From NCBI GenBank assembly GCA_963693055.1, contig OY843751.1, positions 2,368,001 to 2,432,000 on the forward strand: 64,000 bases of DNA. The letters are read 5' to 3'. Origin of the DNA: a bacterium (GTDB taxonomy: Bacteria > Zhuqueibacterota > Zhuqueibacteria > Residuimicrobiales > Krinioviventaceae). The notes beneath the pieces were generated by a model that did not search any database, had not been told where the DNA came from, and saw nothing but the letters and a program-made list of their open reading frames with translations. Positions 18,717 through 27,323 of this stretch are shown here, piece after piece. The translations under genes were made by a program, and so were the position numbers. Each line of letters opens with the position of its first letter. The first letter of the stretch is position 1.

Positions 18717-19760
18717 TTATTTCAAGAGAGACAGTTTGTTTACAATCTTTTGACTACCAGTATTGATTTCATAAAAGTACATTCCGCTTGACATATATTG
18801 ACCGTAACGATTGGTTCCATTCCAATTCTGACTGTGAATGCCTTCTGCAAGGTATCCCATATCATAGTCCATCACCAATTGTCCGCGAATGTTATATATT
18901 TTCAATGTTACGTTTGCCGGTTCAGCAAGAGAAAACTGAATTGTTGTTCCCGGATTTGCAGGATTTGGATAATTTGAAGCCTTGATTGCAGAATTGGCGG
19001 TTTCAATGCTACCCTGCTGATTTGCCGGATTTGTACAGCCAATATTTTTTTTACCAAGACCTTTTCCGCGTCCTTGTCCATTACCACCACGTTCAATAGC
19101 AGATTCAATAATTTCTGTAAATTCTTCTACCGAAATATATTGTGGTTCATATGTCAAACCCTGTGCTGTATAAAAGTTGTTAAACGCTCGCATATGATTT
19201 CTTGAACCTTTTAAAAGGTTAGTATAAACCAGGGTAATATCCTGATTGTCTGTACGTTCAAGTGTTTCATGCAGATCATTGATATCCAGATCTTCAATGG
19301 TTAAACCAACATACAATGCTTCTATCAGAGACTTGCTGCCTGATTCTACCAGGCTGTTATAGATTGCCTGCAAATCTGCATTACTGAATTTTCCTGCTTC
19401 TTCTAAATAAGGATCTTCAAGTTCATATTTATCGATCAAAAGTTTAACCATATCTGTGTGCTGCTGTTCACTTTTCGCGATATTGGTGAAAACTGCGGAT
19501 TGCCATTTTTCATATAATACCAGATAAACGTCTCGTGCGAGTTTTTCTTCTTCACGCATATGTAACAGATCATTTATTTCGTCTTCTGACAAATCTTCGA
19601 ACGGCAAGTCTGCTAAAATAGTAGAAGCGTTTATACCCCCGGTATTCCCTTTGTTACCGCAGTTACCAAAATTTCCTCTACCCTGAGCAAAAAGTGATTG
19701 GCTTGTAGCGAATGCAACAAGCAACAATGCTGCAATTAATAATGTTTTAGAGTTTTTCAT
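18717..19760 (-). CDS. secreted DUF2202 ferritin-like protein with C-terminal FlgD-Ig/T9SS-like sorting domain
   Basis: Signal peptide; MREEEKLARDVY, SEQQH, IEDLDI, GSRNHMRAF; tail NYPNPANPGTTIQF...IYNIRGQLV...SSGMYFY...KLSLLK. Confidence 0.85.
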   Translation of the reverse strand: MKNSKTLLIAALLLVAFATSQSLFAQGRGNFGNCGNKGNTGGINASTILADLPFEDLSEDEINDLLHMREEEKLARDVYLVLYEKWQSAVFTNIAKSEQQHTDMVKLLIDKYELEDPYLEEAGKFSNADLQAIYNSLVESGSKSLIEALYVGLTIEDLDINDLHETLERTDNQDITLVYTNLLKGSRNHMRAFNNFYTAQGLTYEPQYISVEEFTEIIESAIERGGNGQGRGKGLGKKNIGCTNPANQQGSIETANSAIKASNYPNPANPGTTIQFSLAEPANVTLKIYNIRGQLVMDYDMGYLAEGIHSQNWNGTNRYGQYMSSGMYFYEINTGSQKIVNKLSLLK

Positions 19761-19797
19761 GATGATTCTCCTTTTTGTTAGATTTTACCCCTGCTCA

Positions 19798-19813
19798 TGC
19801 AAGGGGTGTGCCA
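19798..19813 (-). promoter_or_regulatory. sigma-54 (-24/-12) promoter of DUF2202 gene
   Basis: Minus strand TGGCAC-ACCCC-TTGCA, a perfect TGGCAC-N5-TTGC, 37 nt upstream of the ATG. Confidence 0.85.
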
Positions 19814-19872
19814 TTATATCGATTTGATCTTAATGCATTGTTTTTGTGTGACTTATGGCAAGTGTCTTGGTT

Positions 19873-19937
19873 TGTCAGAACGAAAGATTTCGACGACTCG
19901 GGCGAAAAATATCGACAATTTGGTCGAAATGTCGAAC
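19873..19937. promoter_or_regulatory. putative upstream activator sites (CGAAA..TCGA repeats)
   Basis: CGAAAGATTTCGAC, CGAAAAATATCGAC, GTCGAAATGTCGAAC clustered midway between two sigma-54 promoters. Confidence 0.55.
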
Positions 19938-20004
19938 AAGAGCATTTTGTCTAAATTGATTTAAGTATCTAATAAATAGTTATTTATCTCATTGAATAAG
20001 GTTT

Positions 20005-20020
20005 TGGCATAACAATTGAA
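20005..20020 (+). promoter_or_regulatory. sigma-54-like promoter of the Fe-S operon
   Basis: TGGCAT-AACAA-TTGAA (GA instead of GC at -12), 61 nt upstream of ATG 20082. Confidence 0.6.
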
Positions 20021-20081
20021 TAAGCAAAAGAAATTTCTATCAAGAGAGAATTAAAATTATAAAAATTTTTTAGGAGGGCCA

Positions 20082-20465
20082 ATGAAGGCAAAGTTAATAT
20101 TGTCTGCAATATTTGTTTCAATAGCTCTTAATTTTACAATCGCGTCTGCTTGTGAAATTGAGGTTACCGTTAAAGGAGAAAATGCAGCTATATATAATCC
20201 CGGGCAAGTAGTGGTTTTGCAAGTCAAAGTATTTCTAACTCATAAAGATTGTCCTGAAGGAATCAAGTCAACGAAAATGAATCCAACCGGTATGACCTTG
20301 CTAGGTGCAACCAAATGGAAGCAAATATCTGAATTGGAATTTATTCGATTGGTGCAGGCAAAAATTGATTCTTCTGTCACAGAAGCAATTCTAAATGTTG
20401 GCCGCTCTTGTGATAAAGAGGGTGGTATAGGTAAAATACTATTAAAAGTTGGTCAGGGCTCATAA
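20082..20465 (+). CDS. small secreted hypothetical protein with Cys/His residues
   Basis: AGGAGG RBS; signal peptide ending ASA-C; LTHKDCP and RSCDKEGG. Confidence 0.75.
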   Translation: MKAKLILSAIFVSIALNFTIASACEIEVTVKGENAAIYNPGQVVVLQVKVFLTHKDCPEGIKSTKMNPTGMTLLGATKWKQISELEFIRLVQAKIDSSVTEAILNVGRSCDKEGGIGKILLKVGQGS

Positions 20466-21490
20466 TGAGGAACATCTTAATTATTGTTTTATTGTTTATG
20501 AGTGGAATCTCTTTTGCTCAGGATACAGATTCTGCGGAATTATCATTTGAAGATTTTGGTGCTGAATTTGAATCCATTTCAGATACTGAATTGGGGGATA
20601 TATCTACTTCAACCCACTCTTGTTCTACCATTGCAGGTATGCCAAAAGGATTGTACTATTCTCTTATTGCACTATCAATGACTTTAATTGCTGGTATTTT
20701 TGTCAAATTCAAAGCCCTGCGCAAATTCCGTTATCTTTTTCTATTGTTGTCATTGGTTGTTTTTGGATTTTGGAACGGTGGCTGTCCCTGCTCTATTTCA
20801 AGTTTTCAGAATGTATTTTTAACGATTTTTGGTGCAACCGTTAACTGGCACAGTCTTGTATGGTTTTTAGGATTAATTCCCATTACCTATATTTTTGGCA
20901 AAGTCTGGTGTGGTTGGGTTTGTCATTTGGGTGCCTTTCAGGAATTTTTGTACAGAATTACAGATGTGAAAATTGTAAAATCTAAAGGTTTCCAAAAATT
21001 TCTAAAAATTTTACAATATAGCGTTTTCGTAATTCTTGTGATTCAGTTGTTTGTAACCAAAACCAATATTTTTATCCATTATGATCCATTCAAAGTTGCT
21101 TTCAATATGATTTCTTTTCATACATCTGGCTGGATTTTGCTTGGCGTATTACTTGTGAGTTCATTATTTATTTACCGACCTTTTTGTAAAGGGTTTTGTC
21201 CTGTTGGTTTGGCATTAGGTTGGGTTGGCAAGATACCCGGTGCACATAAACTCCAGATTTCCGGCAGCTGTTCAAGCTGCAAATCCTGCATCCGTCATTG
21301 TAATATGCAGGCAATCACGGATGACTTTAAAGCCGACAGTCATAGCTGTATTTTATGCGGTGATTGTCTGGACTATTGTAAAAAAGAATCTATTAAAGTT
21401 ACGTATAAAGGATTACAGAATGAAAAAAATATTGATCTTGTTGTTCCTGATTTCAAGCTTGAAACCATTGATAGCGAGAGACTGTCATAG
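20465..21490 (+). CDS. NapH/MauN/YccM-like membrane 4Fe-4S protein (putative quinol oxidoreductase module)
   Basis: Signal peptide, several TM helices, GCPCS, WCGWVCHLG, FCKGFCPVG, C-terminal CSSCKSCIRHC and CILCGDCLDYC; TAATG coupling with upstream gene. Confidence 0.88.
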   Translation: MRNILIIVLLFMSGISFAQDTDSAELSFEDFGAEFESISDTELGDISTSTHSCSTIAGMPKGLYYSLIALSMTLIAGIFVKFKALRKFRYLFLLLSLVVFGFWNGGCPCSISSFQNVFLTIFGATVNWHSLVWFLGLIPITYIFGKVWCGWVCHLGAFQEFLYRITDVKIVKSKGFQKFLKILQYSVFVILVIQLFVTKTNIFIHYDPFKVAFNMISFHTSGWILLGVLLVSSLFIYRPFCKGFCPVGLALGWVGKIPGAHKLQISGSCSSCKSCIRHCNMQAITDDFKADSHSCILCGDCLDYCKKESIKVTYKGLQNEKNIDLVVPDFKLETIDSERLS

Positions 21491-22721
21491 CGATATTGGG
21501 ATTCATTTAAAACCCATCATACCCAATTTACAATGGGCTGTTGAAACCTCCGCTGCAATTGGTCAGATGTCTGGTAGCGGTATTGATAGAAGACTAAATA
21601 CTGAATCTTTATTTTGGGCTTTGGATTTTACACCTGAAAAATTTGAGATCTATCTTGAAGGTGGACTCAAGTACTGGCAAAAGTCTGATGATGGCCCCGG
21701 TTTGGGTGCAATAGTGAGTGGCTGGGAAAGTTTACCCAAGCCTGAACAACGTAATTTTGGTATGCGCGAAGCCTATTTCAGATTCAATTTATTGAATACC
21801 AAGGTAACCATGGGTTTGCAGTCAATGACTTTGGGAACAACCATGCTGCTTGATGAGCGTGTGTTAGGTGTTGCAAATAGTTATGAAAAAGGACATTACA
21901 AACTCGAATTAAAAGGTGGTACTGTTTCTACTGACTTTGCACGCATGAATGATTTTTGCGGAACGCGTCATGTTTACAGGTTGTTACGAGGTGGACGGTT
22001 TGATATGGTAGCTACAGAACCTGGTAAAACCAATTTTTATGCTGCATCGATAACTTGGAATGCCGAAGAGCCTGTAGAAGTCGTTTCAGGCGATGAGAGT
22101 GAATTTGAAATGGAATCTTTTTCGGATTTATCATTTGAATCTTTCGACGAAGAAGAGAAGCAAATCGTTAAAAATGCCGGTCTGTTATTTTATCAGGAAT
22201 TTGGCTCAGGTTTTTTTGACTACAAGTATTATGGCGGTGCTTTTTCTGATGTCCTTTTGCCATTTGATGTTGATATGCATTTGGAAATGATATATCAATA
22301 TATCTGGCATGAACAGACTGCTGCCTTTAAAGGACAATTTAGCAAAAATTTCAGTATTTTTCCTGCATATCCCTTTTCTACAAGCCTCTCATATTATGGA
22401 GTTTATGAGGTAAGTCAGGATGCCCGGTTTTTTCCGGCATTCAGCAACCTTTATCTGGGTGAAGTCAGCCGGTTGGATGCATTGCATATGCCCTTATTGG
22501 TTGTTGATGTTAAGCAATACTTGCCTGGCAAGCTGGAGCCAACACTCCGTTTGCAGTATGTAAACCAGATCAAATTTGATCACAACACCGAGTTGGATTT
22601 TCAATTATCAGCCAAATTGTTTAAAGGATTCAGAACAATTATCACATTGAGTAAAATTGATTCAGATTTACTTTCAGAATCAGTAATGCTCAATAAACTT
22701 GAATGTCGTTGGTCATTCTAA
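21420..22721 (+). CDS. putative outer-membrane beta-barrel protein
   Basis: Signal peptide MKKILILLFLISSLKPLIA from ATG 21420; porin-like REAYFRF...VTMGLQ; alternating strands; C-terminal aromatic LECRWSF. Confidence 0.7.
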   Translation: MKKILILLFLISSLKPLIARDCHSDIGIHLKPIIPNLQWAVETSAAIGQMSGSGIDRRLNTESLFWALDFTPEKFEIYLEGGLKYWQKSDDGPGLGAIVSGWESLPKPEQRNFGMREAYFRFNLLNTKVTMGLQSMTLGTTMLLDERVLGVANSYEKGHYKLELKGGTVSTDFARMNDFCGTRHVYRLLRGGRFDMVATEPGKTNFYAASITWNAEEPVEVVSGDESEFEMESFSDLSFESFDEEEKQIVKNAGLLFYQEFGSGFFDYKYYGGAFSDVLLPFDVDMHLEMIYQYIWHEQTAAFKGQFSKNFSIFPAYPFSTSLSYYGVYEVSQDARFFPAFSNLYLGEVSRLDALHMPLLVVDVKQYLPGKLEPTLRLQYVNQIKFDHNTELDFQLSAKLFKGFRTIITLSKIDSDLLSESVMLNKLECRWSF

Positions 22722-22734
22722 TCAGGAGAACAGA

Positions 22735-23556
22735 ATGAATTCGGATAGAAGAATTTTTATTAAAAATTTAGGTGTGCTTGCTGCATCATCAGCAGTAGGT
22801 ATACTTGCAGCATGTACCAAACATGGTGTGAATCCTTTAGAATATGTTGATATCTGTCAAAACACCTGTACCGGCTGTGGTGATTGTGTTGAATCCTGTC
22901 AGGATAATGCAATTCTGCTCGAACAAAAATCAACATATATCATTGATAAAGATGATTGTACTGAATGTGGACAGTGTGTTCCTCACTGCAAGCTTGAAGC
23001 TATCCATATCTCTTCAAGTCAATATATCCTGGATTCTAAAGAATGTATTGGATGTGGTTTGTGTATTGATGTGTGTGATCAGGAAGCAGAGGCAATTGTT
23101 TGGGAGAGAGAAGAGTACCTGGTACGCGGAAAATGCCGCAACACCCATTGTAATTTTGAATGTGCTGCAGCTTGTCCTGAAAATGCAATAACCATTGTCA
23201 ATAATACAGCCGTTATAGATATGGAAAAATGCACACGTTGTGGATTGTGTATCGCTCCATGTCCAGCAGATGCAATTAATCCTGCTCATGTTGAAATGGT
23301 TGTTGATCAATGTACCCGATGTGGAAAATGTTTTGATGTATGTGAATTTGATGCAATTAGCAAAGTTGAACCGGAAGGATATTTTGATCCTCATATAGAT
23401 GATGAGGTTTGTAATGCATGCTCGGAATGTAAAGATTCCTGCCCCGAAAATGCTATTTATGGTAAATTGTACAAGGCACAAATTGATAGCGAAAATTGTA
23501 CAGCATGTGGTGAATGCTTTGAAAAATGTACGTATGATGCCATACGGCATGTATAA
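22735..23556 (+). CDS. Tat-exported lipoprotein polyferredoxin (8 x 4Fe-4S motifs)
   Basis: AGGAG RBS at 22724; DRRIFIK twin-Arg, lipobox LAAC; seven CxxCxxCxxxC motifs plus one variant. Confidence 0.88.
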   Translation: MNSDRRIFIKNLGVLAASSAVGILAACTKHGVNPLEYVDICQNTCTGCGDCVESCQDNAILLEQKSTYIIDKDDCTECGQCVPHCKLEAIHISSSQYILDSKECIGCGLCIDVCDQEAEAIVWEREEYLVRGKCRNTHCNFECAAACPENAITIVNNTAVIDMEKCTRCGLCIAPCPADAINPAHVEMVVDQCTRCGKCFDVCEFDAISKVEPEGYFDPHIDDEVCNACSECKDSCPENAIYGKLYKAQIDSENCTACGECFEKCTYDAIRHV

Positions 23557-23557
23557 A

Positions 23558-24496
23558 TTATATATCTCTCACACAGCGGAATCCCATATTGCCTGACGAG
23601 CTGTCGGGAGAATTTGAACTTCGTGCAGCAACACGATACCGATTACAATAAGATTTATGACATAGATATGAACCACCCCGCATAACCCTGTTGGTACCAT
23701 CCGATGGGCCAACAGGATTTACTCTAGTATTATTGATATGAAAAGTAGGGTGGAACCAATCCGCGCACCATTCCCATACATTCCCGCAAACATTATATAA
23801 TCCAAAATCATTCGGAATAAATGATTTTGCCGGAGCTGTACCTATAAATCCATCATCGACTGTGTTTTGAGTAGGAAATGTACCTTGCCATACATTGCAC
23901 ATGTGCTTACCTTCAGGTTCGAGCTCATTGCCCCAGGGAAAGATGGTTTGTTCTCTGCCTCCTCGTGCGGCAAATTCCCATTCGGCTTCTGTGGGTAAGC
24001 GTTTACCGGCCCATTGGCAATAGGCATTTGCATCATTCCATGATACATGTATTACCGGATGGTCCATTTTGTTACTGATAGTTGAAAGCGGACCTTCAGG
24101 TCTTCTCCAGTTGGCCCCTTTAACAGCAAACCACCAGGGTGTTTGTGCTGCCTGTTGGCTGTTTTTTGTAATAGCGGGAGGTAGAAACATGTGGAAAACA
24201 TAGGTCCAGCCAAATGATTCAGCTTCGGTTTTGTATCCTGTTTCTTTAACAAATTCAGCAAATTGTTGATTGGTTACTGTTGTTATATCAATCATAAATG
24301 GAGATACCGTAACCTTGCGAACCGGTCCTTCACCATCTGCGGGAAAACCTTTTTTATCATCTGTACCCATAAGAAATGTGCCGCCCGGCAGCTCTATCAT
24401 TTCATTGGATTCTGGAATATGTGTTGAAACACCAATGTTAATTATTTCCCTGGTTGATTTACTATTCCTGGGCGGGCCGCAACATTGCTTACTCAT
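23558..24496 (-). CDS. formylglycine-generating enzyme (FGE/SUMF1)
   Basis: FLMGTD, HPVIHVSWNDA, RLPTEAEWEFAARGG, GNVWEW, RGGSYLCHKSYCNRYRVAAR, GFRC. Confidence 0.92.
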   Translation of the reverse strand: MSKQCCGPPRNSKSTREIINIGVSTHIPESNEMIELPGGTFLMGTDDKKGFPADGEGPVRKVTVSPFMIDITTVTNQQFAEFVKETGYKTEAESFGWTYVFHMFLPPAITKNSQQAAQTPWWFAVKGANWRRPEGPLSTISNKMDHPVIHVSWNDANAYCQWAGKRLPTEAEWEFAARGGREQTIFPWGNELEPEGKHMCNVWQGTFPTQNTVDDGFIGTAPAKSFIPNDFGLYNVCGNVWEWCADWFHPTFHINNTRVNPVGPSDGTNRVMRGGSYLCHKSYCNRYRVAARSSNSPDSSSGNMGFRCVRDI

Positions 24497-24726
24497 TGTA
24501 ACCTCTTTATTTTATTAACTTATAGAGTGTAAGGATGTTTAAAACGTTTAATGATATCCATATATTCCTGTCATTTTTGTTAATAAGATAATTGTTGTTG
24601 GTAATGACATACAATGTTTTACAATTATTGTCCATAATAGAGTGTTAATCACAGAACTTGCATGTGGTTAATACGTTATGGTTAAGAACGGAACGGAACA
24701 CGTGTAAACAACTGAGAGGAAAGCTC

Positions 24727-27165
24727 ATGAATAGACGGTTAATATACTTTATATTATTGTTATCCATATCAATCGTTTTTGCTCAACCAGGTCAAAGGTC
24801 TGGATCTGCGCGGGGTACAATAATCAAAGGGCTGGTTCAGGATAACCAGTTAAAGACACCCATTGAATATGCCAATATTATTCTTTATAAACAAAAAGAT
24901 ACCGACCAGGTTACCGGTACGGTTTCAAATAAAGAAGGTCTGTTCACATTGACTGGTGTACAACCTGGGCTTTACAAAATAAAAATCAAGTTTATGGGAT
25001 ATTATGAAAATACAGTGGATAGTGTCCGTGTTAGTGCAAACCAACCTGCAATTGATGTAGGCAAGGTGGGTTTGAATCAAACAGTGTTGATGCTTGAAGG
25101 TGTTCAGGTTGAAGCGGAAAAGGCACCGGTTGAATACAAGATTGATAGAAAAGTGATTAATGTTGATCATCAAATAACTGCTAGTGCCGGCTCTGCAGTA
25201 GATGTGCTTGAAAATGTTCCATCTATTACGGTTGATATTGAGGGTAATGTACAATTAAGAGGTAGCGGAAGTTTTACCGTATTGATTGATAATCGGCCTA
25301 CTGTTATGGACGCAAGCGATCTTTTGCAACAGATACCTGCCAGTACAATTGAGAATATCGAAATTATTACCAATCCTTCTGCCAAATATGAACCCGATGG
25401 TATGACCGGTATAGTTAATATTATTACCAAAAAGAATTCTTTACGTGGATTTAATGGTATTGTTAATTTGAATTCAGGTGTTGATGACAAGTACGGCGGT
25501 GATTTTTTGTTTAATTATCGTATGAATAATGTTAATACCTATTTTGGTATGAACTATAACCACAGATACTTTCCTGGAGATCGTATTGGAGAAAACTGGA
25601 CCGCTCAAAATGATACCATACATTACTTAAATACCAATGGTAGTAATTCAATGGATTTTACTTCTTATGGTGTTCAGGCAGGTGTTGATATTGCTCTGTC
25701 AAAACAGGATAATTTCAAAGTTGGCTTGAATTATCGTGGAAGAGGGATGGAGCATGCGAATAAATCAAATTATGAAGAATGGATTAGCACACTGACAGAC
25801 CGTGATTATTATTCAAGCACGGGTAGTTCTGAAAGAAGTGGCCCTTCTTATAATATGAATTTGGATTATCTTCACCGATTTGAAACCAAAGGACACGAGT
25901 TATCAGCTTTGTTGAATTTATCTTCAAGAAGTGGTGATGAAGAATCGCTTAATGAAAATTATAATGCTAACGGAGCAATTACAAATGGACAACGATCTGT
26001 TGAAAAAGGTCCATCCATGCGTGCTGATTTGAAATTAGATTATACCCGTCCACTAGGTGAAAACAACAAGCTTGAAGCAGGTTACCAGGGTCGATTTAGC
26101 CGCTCTAAAGATGAAAATGAACTCTATGAATATGATTTAGGTATTAGTGATTATGTGTTTCTACCACAATATAGTTATCTAACAAATTATAATCGCGATA
26201 TTCATGCAGTGTATTCCATGTATGCGGGTGAAACCGGTCCTATTGGTTACCAGGCAGGACTTCGTGGTGAATACACGAATCGAAATATTACACTGGATGC
26301 TGAAAATCAGGAATTTGCAATTGACAGATGGGACCTTTTCCCAACAGCTCATTTGTCTTTCAAGGGCGAATCCGGGCATCAAATGATGGCCAGTTATACC
26401 CGCCGCATTGACAGACCACGCGGCTATTATTTTGAACCATTCCTAACCTGGATGGATGCGTATAATGTGCGTACGGGTAATCCTGCAATCAAGCCTGAAT
26501 ATATTGATTCTTATGAAATGGGTTACCAGAAACAAGTTGGACAAAATCTATTTTCTGTAGAAACTTATTACCGCATTACTCATGACCGTGTTGAACGTGT
26601 GCAATCTGTATATGATGAAAATGTTCTGTTGCATTCAGTTGCGAATGTTGGTCAGGATTATGCATTGGGTGCCGAGTTTATGATCAACTGGGACCTGTTG
26701 TCAAACTGGAATATGAACCTGATGGGCAATATGTATGATTATCGTATAGAAGGTGAATTGTTGGGGGCAGATTTTTCACGTAGCAGCTTTAACTGGAATA
26801 CGCGTATGAATAATACATTCAAGTTAACCCAAAATTCCAGAGTACAATTTAATCTAAGATATAACAGTCCATCCGTATCTGCTCAAGGCAGACGTGAAGG
26901 CTTTTTCTCTTCAAGTATTGCCTATAGACATGATTTTCTTGACAAGCGTATTTCCATGACATTACAGGCTCGTGATGTTTTTGGAACAGAGGTACATGAA
27001 AGAATTTCAGAAGGTGATGGATTTTATTCTTATTCAAAATTTGACCGTAATACGCCTATAATCACCATGACAATGAGCTATAAAATAAACAATTTCAAAG
27101 CAAACCGTGGAAAAGGCAATGATGGTGGTGGTGGTGATGATTTTGGTGGTGAAGGTGAATATTAA
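24727..27165 (+). CDS. TonB-dependent receptor with N-terminal carboxypeptidase-regulatory-like domain
   Basis: GAGAGG RBS; signal peptide; plug IENIEIITNPSAKYEPDG..GIVNIITKK; barrel GNPAIKPE. Confidence 0.92.
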   Translation: MNRRLIYFILLLSISIVFAQPGQRSGSARGTIIKGLVQDNQLKTPIEYANIILYKQKDTDQVTGTVSNKEGLFTLTGVQPGLYKIKIKFMGYYENTVDSVRVSANQPAIDVGKVGLNQTVLMLEGVQVEAEKAPVEYKIDRKVINVDHQITASAGSAVDVLENVPSITVDIEGNVQLRGSGSFTVLIDNRPTVMDASDLLQQIPASTIENIEIITNPSAKYEPDGMTGIVNIITKKNSLRGFNGIVNLNSGVDDKYGGDFLFNYRMNNVNTYFGMNYNHRYFPGDRIGENWTAQNDTIHYLNTNGSNSMDFTSYGVQAGVDIALSKQDNFKVGLNYRGRGMEHANKSNYEEWISTLTDRDYYSSTGSSERSGPSYNMNLDYLHRFETKGHELSALLNLSSRSGDEESLNENYNANGAITNGQRSVEKGPSMRADLKLDYTRPLGENNKLEAGYQGRFSRSKDENELYEYDLGISDYVFLPQYSYLTNYNRDIHAVYSMYAGETGPIGYQAGLRGEYTNRNITLDAENQEFAIDRWDLFPTAHLSFKGESGHQMMASYTRRIDRPRGYYFEPFLTWMDAYNVRTGNPAIKPEYIDSYEMGYQKQVGQNLFSVETYYRITHDRVERVQSVYDENVLLHSVANVGQDYALGAEFMINWDLLSNWNMNLMGNMYDYRIEGELLGADFSRSSFNWNTRMNNTFKLTQNSRVQFNLRYNSPSVSAQGRREGFFSSSIAYRHDFLDKRISMTLQARDVFGTEVHERISEGDGFYSYSKFDRNTPIITMTMSYKINNFKANRGKGNDGGGGDDFGGEGEY

Positions 27166-27183
27166 TAAATAATTGTTTATATG

Positions 27184-27211
27184 GCCCGGCAAATTTACCG
27201 GGCTTTTTTTT
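27184..27211 (+). terminator. intrinsic terminator
   Basis: GCCCGG-N8-CCGGGC plus T8. Confidence 0.85.
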
Positions 27212-27280
27212 ACTGTAAAACCCTGCAAATTAATAATTCCTGACATATTCCCATTGTAAATTTTGTTTATTATTAGTAAA

Positions 27281-27297
27281 TGAAACAAATTGTTTCT
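27281..27297. promoter_or_regulatory. TGAAAC-N5-GTTTC palindrome upstream of sigma-54 activator
   Basis: TGAAAC-AAATT-GTTTCT; the same motif recurs at 28654 and 28731. Confidence 0.55.
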
Positions 27298-27323
27298 ATG
27301 TTGTTCGTTTATTTGGAGATGTT

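Noticed and set aside
21270-21300. CxxCxxH-like string (CKSCIRHC) as a heme-binding site
   Set aside because: Part of a CxxCxxCxxxC ferredoxin motif, not CxxCH
21225-21419. N-terminal extension of the 498-aa ORF
   Set aside because: Overlaps the Fe-S domain of the upstream gene; a clean signal peptide begins at ATG 21420
23014-23550. 178-aa antisense ORF over the polyferredoxin, and many other antisense or alternate-frame ORFs (e.g. 35879-36463, 43069-43596)
   Set aside because: Shadows of well-supported genes, with no RBS or recognisable motifs
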